A DNA stretch of 64,000 nt from Candidatus Daviesbacteria bacterium. Its GTDB lineage: Bacteria; Patescibacteriota; Microgenomatia; Daviesbacterales; UBA10151. The DNA lies in the NCBI GenBank assembly GCA_016432425.1, contig CP066688.1:446211-510210 (forward strand), in the 5' to 3' direction. Numbering within the stretch: the stretch's first letter is position 1; each line of letters opens with the position of its first letter. Positions 10,112 through 20,050 of the stretch are shown here, piece by piece. The translations under genes were made by a program, and so were the position numbers. The notes beneath the pieces were generated by a model. That model was not told where the DNA came from and made no database searches. It saw only the letters and a program-made list of their open reading frames with translations.

Positions 10112-10882
10112 GTGGACACTATTTTAATCTACATTATTGTTTTTAGTTTTATTGGCAGTGTCCTTTCTCTAATTGGAGGAGTAATTCTCCTCACCAAAGA
10201 AAAATTTGCCTTAAAAATTTCCCATTTGCTCTCTGCTTTTGCCGGAGGGGCCCTTTTGGGGACGGCTTTTTTTGATCTGCTGCCGGAAGGGTTGGAACAG
10301 GCCCAGGAGCTGGGGTTAGAAGTGAATGTTTTTTTGTGGAGCTTGCTGGGGGTGCTAGTCTTTTTTCTATTAGAGAGGTTTATCCATCATCATGACCAAA
10401 ATGGCAACCCGGCCCATAAACAGACTTTAGTCCCTTTAATTGTGATTGGAGACAGTATCCATAATTTTATTGATGGAGTGGCCATGGCAGCCACTTTTTT
10501 AATTAGTATCCCTCTGGGAATTGTGACAGCCCTAGCCGTGGCCGCCCATGAAATTCCCCAAGAAATAGGGGATTTTGGCTTAATGTTGCACAAAGGAGTA
10601 GCCAGAAAAAAAGTATTACTGATTAATTTTTACTCTGCCCTGGCAGCGCTGCTGGGAGCAATTTTAACTTATTTAGCTAAAGACAAAATTGAAAATTTAT
10701 TGCCGGCAGTTTTAGGTTTGACAGCCGGTTTTTTTATCTATATTGCCGCTGCTAATTTGATTCCGGAAATTCATCATCAGGGCAACCAAAGGGCAGCCTT
10801 TTGGGAAACCATGGCTTTAATTTTGGGAGTAATAGTGGTGTATATGACTATCACCATTTTGGAGGTCCAAATTATTCATTAG
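10112..10882 (+). CDS. ZIP family metal transporter
   Basis: GDSIHNFIDG and HEIPQEIGDF motifs. Confidence 0.93.
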   Translation: MDTILIYIIVFSFIGSVLSLIGGVILLTKEKFALKISHLLSAFAGGALLGTAFFDLLPEGLEQAQELGLEVNVFLWSLLGVLVFFLLERFIHHHDQNGNPAHKQTLVPLIVIGDSIHNFIDGVAMAATFLISIPLGIVTALAVAAHEIPQEIGDFGLMLHKGVARKKVLLINFYSALAALLGAILTYLAKDKIENLLPAVLGLTAGFFIYIAAANLIPEIHHQGNQRAAFWETMALILGVIVVYMTITILEVQIIH

Positions 10883-10958
10883 CTAAATGGTATAATCTCT
10901 TTTAAATTATGCATAGTATAGAAGTAGCCCGTTGGCCATTAGAAGGATGGGTAGATAA

Positions 10959-11492
10959 ATGGTGACCCAAGTAATTTTGGTTACTGATGAATTTGGTAAT
11001 TTTACCGGTGAATATATTCCCAAGGAAGTTGGTCATAGCGGTGAAGGGAAAAGACACTTAGCAATTACAGTTTTGATTTATAACAACCGGGATCAAGTTC
11101 TACTTCAGCGAAGGAAACACCAAGTGTTTGATGATATCTGGGATATTACCGGAGCTACTCACCCTTTACATTTAACAAACAGAGATGAAACTGTAGCAGA
11201 AGCCACCCAGCGGTGTTTGAAAAGAGAATATAATATTGAGGGGGTAGCTCTTAAGAATTTAGGTTCTTTTAATTATTTTGCTAAATATGACAATCTTTGT
11301 GAAAATGAACACTGCTATCTTTTAGTAGGGGAATATAACGGTTTAGTTAAATTAAATCCGGAAGTAGGTTATGAGTATAAATGGATTCAAAAAGACGAAT
11401 TTTTACAAGATATTAAGATAAATCCTGATAAATACAGTGCTTGGGCTAAAGAAGCTGTCAAGATTCTAGAGAAAAATGGATTTTTCAATTAA
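10959..11492 (+). CDS. idi: NUDIX-fold isopentenyl-diphosphate isomerase (type 1)
   Basis: RHLAITVLIYN, LLQRR, THP, ENEHC, NPEVGYEYKW, YSAW; lies in an isoprenoid cluster. Confidence 0.8.
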   Translation: MVTQVILVTDEFGNFTGEYIPKEVGHSGEGKRHLAITVLIYNNRDQVLLQRRKHQVFDDIWDITGATHPLHLTNRDETVAEATQRCLKREYNIEGVALKNLGSFNYFAKYDNLCENEHCYLLVGEYNGLVKLNPEVGYEYKWIQKDEFLQDIKINPDKYSAWAKEAVKILEKNGFFN

Positions 11493-11513
11493 TTTGTATA
11501 TAATTAATGGGTC

Positions 11514-13322
11514 ATGCCCGAGTCAGAAGAGCAGTTAAACCTTCCTAAGCATTTGGTGCTCATCCCTGACGGCAACGGTCGTTGGGCCCGCAAACATAAT
11601 TTACCCATAGAGGCAGGACATTTTCAAGGGGCTCAAGCAATAAGGGAAATTCTGTATGAGTTACAAGATATGAATGTAGAGGTAGTGACAGTTTGGGGAT
11701 TCTCTACGGAAAATTGGTCCAGATCTCCTGAGGAATCCGCCAATATCATGGGAGTGATGCGAAATTTAATTCAAATAGAAGGAGAACGATTAGCTGAAAA
11801 AGGAATTAAATTTAGGTATATTGGTAGAAGAGATAGAGTTCCTCAGGATCTGTTGCTAGAGATCATAAATCTAGAAGAGAAAACTGTCACTAATCAAGGG
11901 AAAACTTTTGTGCTGGCGCTTGATTATGGAGGTCGGGATGAAATTATTCGTGCCGTCAATAAAGTTGGGGGACAGCCAGTTGATGAAAATAGCTTTAAGG
12001 AATTTTTAGATACTGCCGGTTTGCCAGACCCGGATTTAATTATTAGAACTTCTGGTGAGATGAGAACTTCGGGAATACTGCCTTATCAAAGCGTTTATGC
12101 AGAATTTGTCTCATCTCCGGCTCTGCTGCCAGATTTTAATAAAAATGAGCTCTTGAAATGCTTAAATGAATACTCTCGGAGACAAAGAAGATTTGGCCAC
12201 AGGCCAGACAGTACCATCAGAGCGACCTTTAGTTGGTTAAATCTGCCAGAAAATAGTTTGGATGGTTTTATGGGAGCACTTCTGCCAGTGCTGGATCAGA
12301 CAGCAAATAAATTTGTCGAGCAGTGGCGACAGGGTAGATTTTATAAAAATTCTCCGGCACAGGAGGATATCGATATCTTCCAGAAATTGTTATCTGGTGG
12401 GAAAAAATTAAGACCGGCTCTAGTGGCCTTGGGGTATGAAAATTTTAGAGGGGAGGAGGAATTTCTAGAGGGTATGTTAACTGCCGCGATCAGTTATGAG
12501 ATTATACATAACTCTTTTTTGATTCATGATGATATTATGGATAACTCCTTAATACGGCGTGGTCAACCATCGGTTCATGATCAGTATCGGGCCTTGCATG
12601 AAAATCAAGGTGGGGTTTTAGATTCCACTCAGTACGGTATCGCGGCCGCCATAAATGCCGGAGATCTAGGTCCATTTAGAGCCCTGAAGGCTGTCTGTGA
12701 GATTGAGAATAAACCGGACAGAATAGTAAAAGCAGAGCAATGGTTAAGATATGTGATTGAGACAACACTGCAAGGTCAAAGGAGAGATTTAACAGAGATT
12801 CCGTTGGATCAGTTAACGGAAAAATATGTTTATCAGATTCATCATCAAAAAACAGCCGTTTATAGTGTGGTGGGGCCTTTAACTTTAGGGGCAATTTTAG
12901 CCGGAGCTTCGGAAAAAGAATTAGCCTATTTAAACACTTTTGGGGTGAGTCTGGGAATTGCTTTTCAAATAATTGACGATCATTTAGGCCTTTATGGGGA
13001 CGAGAGAGTTTTGGGTAAATCGGTAGTTTCTGATACCAAGGAAGCTAAAAAAACTTTGCAGTTTACCCAGGCTTATCGTTTGGCAACTTCGCAGCAGAGA
13101 CAATTCTTAAAAGAGGTTTGGGGGAAACAAGATATTACCATAGATGAGCTAGCTCAGGTCAGACAATTAATAGAAGAACTGGGGGTGAAAGAAGTAGTGT
13201 TACAAAGGGCAGATTTACTAGCCCAGCGAGCTAAAAATGTGATCCCTCAAATAACTAGTGACCAAACCATGAGTGATATTTTAGAGGAACTAACAACTTT
13301 TGTAGTTAAAAGGGATTTTTAA
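11514..13322 (+). CDS. fusion of cis-prenyltransferase (UppS-like) and trans-prenyltransferase
   Basis: N-term IPDGNGRWA, FSTENWSR, YGGRDEI, DLIIRTSGEMR; C-term GGKKLRP, HDDIMD..RRG, KTA.YS, AFQIIDD. Confidence 0.9.
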   Translation: MPESEEQLNLPKHLVLIPDGNGRWARKHNLPIEAGHFQGAQAIREILYELQDMNVEVVTVWGFSTENWSRSPEESANIMGVMRNLIQIEGERLAEKGIKFRYIGRRDRVPQDLLLEIINLEEKTVTNQGKTFVLALDYGGRDEIIRAVNKVGGQPVDENSFKEFLDTAGLPDPDLIIRTSGEMRTSGILPYQSVYAEFVSSPALLPDFNKNELLKCLNEYSRRQRRFGHRPDSTIRATFSWLNLPENSLDGFMGALLPVLDQTANKFVEQWRQGRFYKNSPAQEDIDIFQKLLSGGKKLRPALVALGYENFRGEEEFLEGMLTAAISYEIIHNSFLIHDDIMDNSLIRRGQPSVHDQYRALHENQGGVLDSTQYGIAAAINAGDLGPFRALKAVCEIENKPDRIVKAEQWLRYVIETTLQGQRRDLTEIPLDQLTEKYVYQIHHQKTAVYSVVGPLTLGAILAGASEKELAYLNTFGVSLGIAFQIIDDHLGLYGDERVLGKSVVSDTKEAKKTLQFTQAYRLATSQQRQFLKEVWGKQDITIDELAQVRQLIEELGVKEVVLQRADLLAQRAKNVIPQITSDQTMSDILEELTTFVVKRDF

Positions 13323-13368
13323 AAACGCGAGAAGCACTTTATTTAAAATTTTATGAGATAATTACCCT

Positions 13369-14085
13369 ATGTTTCATAATACTCATGTCTATATTGCTTC
13401 TAAATTGTATAATTCTGCAGACGAGCTATTGCTTGTAGGAAGTATTCTGCCGGATTTAGCAGTAACAGGAATTATTCAATGGGAGGGTGGCTTACATGGA
13501 AAAGAAAGTGTGAAAAGTTTTTTTCAGTTTATTCAAGGAAATTCGACCTATCTCAATCTATATAAAGGCGTATATGCTCATAATATTTTAGACGATTTTA
13601 CCCACCAAAATTACCAAGGAGAACCAGGGTTTGCCTATCAAAATAATAAAGAGCTCGTCCAGTTAGTTAAGAGATTTTACGATTTAGATGATAAAGGTGC
13701 CGCAGGAAAAGCTCACAACTATATCGAGAGCGGAGTGGATATCTTATTACTTAAAGAGCATCCAGAAGTGCAAAATCAGTTTCGAAAGGCAATTAACCAG
13801 GTAGATAAACCACAATTAGCTTATCTGCTGAGCGCTTATTTTAAAGTAGATGAAGCTAAATTTTTAGTAGCAATACTTCAGTTTTTTGAATTGTTTACTA
13901 AATATGATTTTAGCAAACAAGAAAATTGGGTTTTATTTTGGCAGGATTTGGAAAAACTACTTGTTTTAAAAGATATTGGAGATAAAAATAGAAAAGTATT
14001 AATTGATAAATCCTTAGAAATAGTTAAAAATACTTACCAAGATTTTCTAAATTACTCTCTAACAGAGGGGGTAAAACAAGTTTAG
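13369..14085 (+). CDS. putative zinc-dependent phospholipase C-like hydrolase
   Basis: N-terminal His, GSILPD, G.YAH..LD..TH, HNYIE..VD metal-ligand pattern. Confidence 0.55.
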   Translation: MFHNTHVYIASKLYNSADELLLVGSILPDLAVTGIIQWEGGLHGKESVKSFFQFIQGNSTYLNLYKGVYAHNILDDFTHQNYQGEPGFAYQNNKELVQLVKRFYDLDDKGAAGKAHNYIESGVDILLLKEHPEVQNQFRKAINQVDKPQLAYLLSAYFKVDEAKFLVAILQFFELFTKYDFSKQENWVLFWQDLEKLLVLKDIGDKNRKVLIDKSLEIVKNTYQDFLNYSLTEGVKQV

Positions 14086-14123
14086 TTGCAATCAGAGCTG
14101 ATTATTAGTAAAATGCTATTCGA

Positions 14124-15101
14124 ATGGTAGAACAGAACGATTGGTTAGTTATACCTTTTTACAGTGATCCAACTTCAGGTAGTTATGAAACTGCGGTAAG
14201 TAAGTTTGGAGATTTTTTAGTTAGATCTAAAGAAACCATTGGTTTAAACTTAGCAGTAATTGATGATGGTTCCAACCTTACTTTGGAAAAACTTAGACAT
14301 ACTCCTGATTTTTTAGTCACTCTTCCAAAAAATAAAGGTAAGTCTCATGCGATGAGGGAGGGTTTAAGAGCTCTTCTGAAGCAGAATCCGGGTTTTATAG
14401 TTCAATATGATGGTGATGGTGATCAATCATATGTAGATATTCCGGTTGTTTATAACCGCCTGATCGCTTTTTCAGGAGGTAACCCTGATGCACCGGTTTT
14501 AGTAATCGGAGATCGATATTCTGAGGACTTAACTATCCCACCCAATCCGGAATCAGTTGTCTATAGACAGACTATTTTAATGTTTTTTGGTGCTTTAGCC
14601 AAACACTTAGGCTTTGATGATGTTCGTGACTGGGTGTCCGGAGCTAGAGGTTACAGTCGAGAATACGCTAAAAGATTTCTCAGTCAGAGTAAATCCAGCC
14701 GTTATGGATTAGAATCAGAACAGTTAGTGGTAGCTAGTCTAACAGGAGCCAAAGTAACTACCGCTCCTTTAACACAGTCCCGCCCCCGGGATCCCGACAC
14801 TTTAACTTCTAAATGGTTGCAAAATTTTGAAGTCTATTCGGACCATGAACAAGCTTTACGGGAACAAGGTAAGGGTGTGATGGTCGATTTAGTTTATTCT
14901 TTGGTAGATAGTTTAAAGAAAGAAATAGATGAGTTTGATCTTCCATTGGATCCAATCGGAGAAAAAACTACAGTGCATTTTACTCGAAGAGGTGATCGCT
15001 ATGCGGCAGAGATACCACTAGAATATAGGGCTAGGTTGTTTATGGTAGAAGATAAATTCCCTTTTACTATTAGAAAGTCTTCCATCCCTACATCTGTCTA
15101 A
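14124..15101 (+). CDS. GT2 glycosyltransferase (polyprenol-phosphate glycosyltransferase-like)
   Basis: VIDDGS, NKGKSHAMREG, YDGDGDQ, VIGDR, D..SGARGY, YGLESE. Confidence 0.8.
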   Translation: MVEQNDWLVIPFYSDPTSGSYETAVSKFGDFLVRSKETIGLNLAVIDDGSNLTLEKLRHTPDFLVTLPKNKGKSHAMREGLRALLKQNPGFIVQYDGDGDQSYVDIPVVYNRLIAFSGGNPDAPVLVIGDRYSEDLTIPPNPESVVYRQTILMFFGALAKHLGFDDVRDWVSGARGYSREYAKRFLSQSKSSRYGLESEQLVVASLTGAKVTTAPLTQSRPRDPDTLTSKWLQNFEVYSDHEQALREQGKGVMVDLVYSLVDSLKKEIDEFDLPLDPIGEKTTVHFTRRGDRYAAEIPLEYRARLFMVEDKFPFTIRKSSIPTSV

Positions 15102-15103
15102 TT

Positions 15104-15913
15104 ATGCCAGAAGATAAAGATGTCATTTTAATCAAGCTTGGGGGAAGTGTGGTGACTGTTAAAGACAGCTCTAATCCTGCTCCGCAACTACAGAATATTG
15201 ATCAATTGGCTAAGGAACTTCACCGGGCCCGAAAAAAAACTGGAGTGAAAATGATATTAGGTCACGGGGCGGGTTCTTATGGTCATCCTCAGGCTGCTAA
15301 ATATCACACCATGGAAGGAGTAGTGGATGAGAACAGTTTAATTGGAGCCTCAGAGGTGAGATTATCTGTGGTTGAGTTAAACTCCATAATTACAAAAAGA
15401 CTATTATCAGCAGGAGAGCCAGTAGTGAGTCTGCCTCCGGCCGCCCTCCTAACTAGTGCTGATGGCTCAGTAGTTAGTATATTTCCTAATCCCGTAGTTA
15501 ACTTCCTCAAAATTGGTATGTTGCCAGTTATATTTGGTGATGTAATTTCTGATGAGAAGAAGGGTTTTACAATCTTCTCCGGTGAACAAGTGCTCAATTT
15601 ATTAGCCAGTAACTTAGCAAAATTTGGCTTAAATCCTAAATTTGTCATTGAGGTTGGGGAAACAGCCGGAGTATATGGTGATTTAAGTAAGAAAGATACA
15701 ATCCCTTTAATTAATAAAGATAATTTTGCCGAGATTGAAGATAAATTAGGTGGTTCAGCTAGTACTGATGTCACAGGTGGAATGGCGCATAAGGTTAAAG
15801 AAGCTTATCAGTTAGCTCAAAATGGTATTCCGACCCTACTTATATCTGCAGATGAAGGTAATTTATATAAAGCCATCTTAGGTCAATCCGTAATAGGGAC
15901 TTGGATCAGATAA
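15104..15913 (+). CDS. isopentenyl phosphate kinase
   Basis: IKLGGSVVT.K, HGAGSYGHPQA, PVIFGDV, FSGEQ, DVTGGMAHK. Confidence 0.88.
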   Translation: MPEDKDVILIKLGGSVVTVKDSSNPAPQLQNIDQLAKELHRARKKTGVKMILGHGAGSYGHPQAAKYHTMEGVVDENSLIGASEVRLSVVELNSIITKRLLSAGEPVVSLPPAALLTSADGSVVSIFPNPVVNFLKIGMLPVIFGDVISDEKKGFTIFSGEQVLNLLASNLAKFGLNPKFVIEVGETAGVYGDLSKKDTIPLINKDNFAEIEDKLGGSASTDVTGGMAHKVKEAYQLAQNGIPTLLISADEGNLYKAILGQSVIGTWIR

Positions 15914-16011
15914 ATTAATTTTGGGAGTTGCTGGATATTCTACTCACTTCTGTGAAACTCTGAATAACTAAATTGGATTATACCAAAAATTTGTGGTAAA
16001 TTTGAGCTTAC

Positions 16012-17046
16012 ATGGACTTTACAAGTTATTTAAAGGAAGCTGCGGGGGAGATAAATTCTTATTTAATCTCGTTTTTTAATAATTGGTTAGCAGAAGTTAC
16101 AGATATTAGCCCCACGCTTTTGCCTCTGGCAAAAACTCTCTCAGATAACTGTGGTGGGGGAAAAATGTTACGCGGGAGTTTAGTTAAATTGGGATATGAA
16201 CTGGCTGGGGGAAAAAATTTAACAGAGATCTTAAAACCAGCTGTGGCCGTGGAGATTTTTCAAACCGCCATCTTGGCTCACGATGACATTATTGATCAAA
16301 GTCCGCTGCGCCGGGGCAAACCCACTATCTATAAACAACTGGGTGGGGATCATTATGGCATCTCTCAAACAATAGCTTTGGCTGATATTGGCTTTTTCTT
16401 AAGCGTTAAACTCATTGCTGAGTCTAACTTTGACAAAGATAAAAAGAACAAAGCTCTCTCTCATTTTGCTCAAACTGTCATTAATACCGGTTTGGGGGAG
16501 GTTTTAGATGTAGAGTTGCCTCATATTAAAGAAGATAGAGTAGATAAAGATGTTATTACTATCCATAAGCTAAAAACTTCTTATTACACGATTATTGATC
16601 CCCTAACTTTAGGAGCTATTTTAGGAGGAGCGCAGGAGGAAACTCTTAAAGTCATTGCCAAATTTGGAGAAAATTTGGGCATTGCTTTTCAGATTACTGA
16701 TGATATTTTGGGAGTGTTTGGGGATGAAAAGACTCTGGGGAAATCTGTTACCTCTGATATTGAAGAAGGGAAAAATACACTGTTGATTACTTATGCGCTG
16801 CAACAGGCCACAGGAGCTCAAAAGCAGGTGCTGGATAGGTATTATGGCCAGGGTAAGATTGGAGAAAAAGAGTTGGAAATAGTGCGGGCAGTCTTTAAAG
16901 AAACCGGTTCATTGGACAACTCTAGACAAGAAGCGTTAAAATATGTCACACAGGCTAAAGCGGTTATTCCCAAAATAACCCAGGAGTCAAAATATAGCCA
17001 GTTACTGTCACAAATGGCTGATTTTTTAGTTGAAAGAGACAGATGA
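16012..17046 (+). CDS. polyprenyl (GGPP-type) synthetase
   Basis: GGKMLRG, HDDIID..LRRGKPT, KTSYYT, AFQITDDILG. Confidence 0.92.
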   Translation: MDFTSYLKEAAGEINSYLISFFNNWLAEVTDISPTLLPLAKTLSDNCGGGKMLRGSLVKLGYELAGGKNLTEILKPAVAVEIFQTAILAHDDIIDQSPLRRGKPTIYKQLGGDHYGISQTIALADIGFFLSVKLIAESNFDKDKKNKALSHFAQTVINTGLGEVLDVELPHIKEDRVDKDVITIHKLKTSYYTIIDPLTLGAILGGAQEETLKVIAKFGENLGIAFQITDDILGVFGDEKTLGKSVTSDIEEGKNTLLITYALQQATGAQKQVLDRYYGQGKIGEKELEIVRAVFKETGSLDNSRQEALKYVTQAKAVIPKITQESKYSQLLSQMADFLVERDR

Positions 17047-17477
17047 TGGTATTTACTAACGTGCTAACCATTAAAAGTAAAAATCCGGCAGTTAAGATGA
17101 TGGACATTACCAAAAAAGTAGAAAGGGAAGTGGTTAAATCCAAAGTAACAGATGGCCAGGTACTGGTTTTTGCCCGCCACACCACTGCCGCGGTGATCCT
17201 GCAGGAAAATGAGCCGGGAATTGGTCAGGATTTACACAATATTCTTTGTGGAATTGCCCCCCAAGAAGGTGACTGGCACCACGATCGTTCATCTGACCAC
17301 CTAAAAGATAAAATGCCTAATGGCCATTCCCATGCCCAGCATGTATTTTTAGGTTCTTCCGAAATAATTCCTCTTTGCCAAGGCAAGATGCTACTAGGAA
17401 CATATCAAAAAATCTTTTTAGTAGAGCTAGATCGAACCAGAATGAGGGATATAGTTGTTCAGGTGACTGGCGAATGA
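17043..17477 (+). CDS. YjbQ/UPF0047 family protein
   Basis: HTTAAV..QENE, NGHSH, LGTYQ.IFLVELD. Confidence 0.9.
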   Translation: MMVFTNVLTIKSKNPAVKMMDITKKVEREVVKSKVTDGQVLVFARHTTAAVILQENEPGIGQDLHNILCGIAPQEGDWHHDRSSDHLKDKMPNGHSHAQHVFLGSSEIIPLCQGKMLLGTYQKIFLVELDRTRMRDIVVQVTGE

Positions 17478-17484
17478 AATCGAA

Positions 17485-18210
17485 GTGTCGAAGGATCTTA
17501 TGAAATCAAATGGCTTAGATTATAAAAATATTCCTGCCCATATTGCCATTATCATGGATGGTAACAGGCGTTGGGCTAGGCTGCGTGGCTTGCCTGATCT
17601 TAAAGGCCACGAAAAAGGTGCAGATACCTTAGAAGAAATTGTGGAAGCGGCAGAAAAGCTGGGGATTAAAACTATTACTGTTTATGCCCTCTCGACGGAA
17701 AATATTAAAGAGCGGGCCAAAAGGGAAATCCTGGGTCTTTTTAACCTGATGCGCTCCGGCTATAATACCAAGCTTAAAAAGATGATCAAAAACGGAGTGA
17801 AAGTGGCAGTTTTAGGGCAGGAACAGGGATTACCGGCTGTGATTAAAAAAATTATTAATGAAATCCGCCGTACTTATATTAAAAATGAGTCCATTAAGCT
17901 CAATATTGCCTTAAATTACGGGGGGAAAAAAGAGCTGGTGGATGCCATTAAAGATATAGTTAAGTCCGGGGTGGAAGTAGGCCGGATTAATGAAGAGATT
18001 ATCTCCAAGCATTTATATACTAATGGCCAATCTGATCCGGAGCTGGTGATCAGAACCGGAGGCAGAATGAGGCTGTCTAACTTTTTGCTGTGGCAGACAG
18101 CCTATTCTGAACTGTATTTTACTAATAAACTCTGGCCGGATTTTGATGGCAGTGAGTTAAAAAAGGCTATTATCTGGTACCAAAACCAAAAAAGAAATTT
18201 TGGCAAATGA
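17485..18210 (+). CDS. uppS: undecaprenyl diphosphate synthase
   Basis: HIAIIMDGNRRWA, STEN, NYGG, IRTGG..RLSNFLLWQ.AYSE, RNFG; true start may be ATG 17500. Confidence 0.93.
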   Translation: MSKDLMKSNGLDYKNIPAHIAIIMDGNRRWARLRGLPDLKGHEKGADTLEEIVEAAEKLGIKTITVYALSTENIKERAKREILGLFNLMRSGYNTKLKKMIKNGVKVAVLGQEQGLPAVIKKIINEIRRTYIKNESIKLNIALNYGGKKELVDAIKDIVKSGVEVGRINEEIISKHLYTNGQSDPELVIRTGGRMRLSNFLLWQTAYSELYFTNKLWPDFDGSELKKAIIWYQNQKRNFGK

Positions 18211-18228
18211 ATATGGTAAAATGAATAT

Positions 18229-18429
18229 ATGCCTTTCATTTGGGATTATGATATCAATGAGCTGAAAAAAACTAAATCAGGTAGGTTGTTGATTTTAGAG
18301 AGAATGATAAATTATGGCCCAGATAAGGGTGAGAAGATTAGCCTGTCTGAGGTTAAGAAAAATTGGAAGAAGTTACATCTGGATCCTTTAAAAAAAAGAC
18401 TTATGGAACTTCTAATATGGGGAAGATAA
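18229..18429 (+). CDS. small protein, probable partner of an AbiEii-type nucleotidyltransferase
   Basis: FIWDYD...LERMINYG motif; overlaps a truncated downstream ORF. Confidence 0.6.
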   Translation: MPFIWDYDINELKKTKSGRLLILERMINYGPDKGEKISLSEVKKNWKKLHLDPLKKRLMELLIWGR

Positions 18430-18506
18430 TTCTTACACCGAAGCAACAGATTATCTTTAATGAGTTTAAACAGAGTGATTTTTTAAAACATAATTTGCCT
18501 ACCTAA
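18417..18506 (+). pseudogene. truncated AbiEii-like nucleotidyltransferase N-terminus
   Basis: MGKIILTPKQQIIFNEFKQSDFLKHNLPT* stops where an FY.TGGTAL-type motif would be expected. Confidence 0.45.
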
Positions 18507-18541
18507 TCCACCCCCCAGGTGTCCTTATCTTACTGAGTAAA

Positions 18542-20050
18542 TTAGTGACAGGCTAAAGTTGTTTTATTGGGACTGTGCACAGGGATAGCCCCGCCCTCGT
18601 CACACTGGTAAAGATCCGGTTGCTGGTCATTGAGAAAATTGCCGTTTTTTCCGCAATCAATAGCAATGGTGGCAGCTCCAACACCACCACATATCCATGA
18701 GATAAAACAGCTATTTTGGGAAGTTGTAGTGCTGACTTGGGCAGTGCCGCAACCAACACCCCAATAAGGATACTGAGTTTGGGTACTGCCGCTGCAGTCA
18801 TAATCAAAGGAACCATCACCCCTTTGGCTGATAAAATATTGGGTTTGTCCAGGATGGGCATCAGTATTTTGGTCATAACAATCTGCCTGAGCAGAAGGAG
18901 AGGATTTATAACCGAAAGGTAAGGAAGCACCATTACAAAAATACTGAGCTCCTCCTGTGGTGTAGCCATCACCATCAAAATCCTGGTAACCTGCTATGCA
19001 GCCTGTACCGCCTGTTGAAGATCCTGTGGGTTGCTCAAAACAATATAAATGCCTTTGATAATTACAGTGATAACTGGCAACCTCATCTAAGCCTGTCCAT
19101 TGGCTGGTGCTTGAACTATTCCCTACAGTATAACTCATAGCAAAAGGGTCAACCCAATCACTACAAGTATAACCGGTCTTGTTGCCGGAGTTGTTAGTTC
19201 CTGTCCACACATAAGCATTACTTTGGCCATTATTAATGGAGGGAATACCGCCATTTTCTGTTAAATTAATAGCTGAGGTAAGACTCCCGTCTAGCAGATC
19301 AGTTTTACTGCTTGCTACTACCACACCATTTATTAAGGTGTATTTTGCATCAGCAATCCTGTCTTTGGCATTAGTTCCAGGATCAGAAACCCAGGCTCTC
19401 CACAGGGAATTTTTTAAAGCAGGTTGGGTGCCGGCAGCGCTCTGACATTTCATATCTGCCCCATTTATTCCTCCCAAATTCCCCGTGTAGGTGTCTTTGG
19501 TGACAAAAACTCTTAAAGTAGGTAAAGTTGGAGCTGGAGGAGGTGGGGCAGCAGCAGGAGAACTTTGTGGTGCGATAGAAGGAGATGGGTTGGGGCTGGG
19601 AGCATCAGCAATAGTAGGGCAGCTCTTTTGTAAATCCGGGGAAAAGAGGGTCCAGTTGTAATCCGGGCAATCCACGAAATTAGGGTCTTTAGGGTCAGGT
19701 TTTTCCAGTTTGGTAAATAAACGAAAAGAGCTGCCGTCAGAGTTAGCAATATAACAATATTGGGACTTACTTTCAGGGTCAGTGGGGACACTACCACCCA
19801 CCATAGTGGCGGCAATGGTGGTATAAAAAGTGGGGGTGTCGGCTTTGCAGTTGCCTGTTCCTTTAACATAAAAAGTGTTTTTTTGTAAGTATGTTTCCAA
19901 GGCTAGAGATAATTTTTGCAGGTCCTGTTGGCGGACATTATCCCGGGCAATCACCTTTACTCCACTAAAATTATTTATACCTACCCCTGAGAGTACCCCA
20001 ATGATGGTTATAACTACCAGTATTTCAATTAAGGTAAAACCTGTTTTCAT
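18542..20050 (-). CDS. type IV pilin-like protein with DUF1554-like and Ca-binding/Cys-rich C-terminal domains
   Basis: GFTLIEILVV class III signal; Pro linker; RVFVT..Y.GNLGG..GAD.KC; YQDFDGDGY/DCYD/DYDCSG. Confidence 0.85.
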   Translation of the reverse strand: MKTGFTLIEILVVITIIGVLSGVGINNFSGVKVIARDNVRQQDLQKLSLALETYLQKNTFYVKGTGNCKADTPTFYTTIAATMVGGSVPTDPESKSQYCYIANSDGSSFRLFTKLEKPDPKDPNFVDCPDYNWTLFSPDLQKSCPTIADAPSPNPSPSIAPQSSPAAAPPPPAPTLPTLRVFVTKDTYTGNLGGINGADMKCQSAAGTQPALKNSLWRAWVSDPGTNAKDRIADAKYTLINGVVVASSKTDLLDGSLTSAINLTENGGIPSINNGQSNAYVWTGTNNSGNKTGYTCSDWVDPFAMSYTVGNSSSTSQWTGLDEVASYHCNYQRHLYCFEQPTGSSTGGTGCIAGYQDFDGDGYTTGGAQYFCNGASLPFGYKSSPSAQADCYDQNTDAHPGQTQYFISQRGDGSFDYDCSGSTQTQYPYWGVGCGTAQVSTTTSQNSCFISWICGGVGAATIAIDCGKNGNFLNDQQPDLYQCDEGGAIPVHSPNKTTLACH

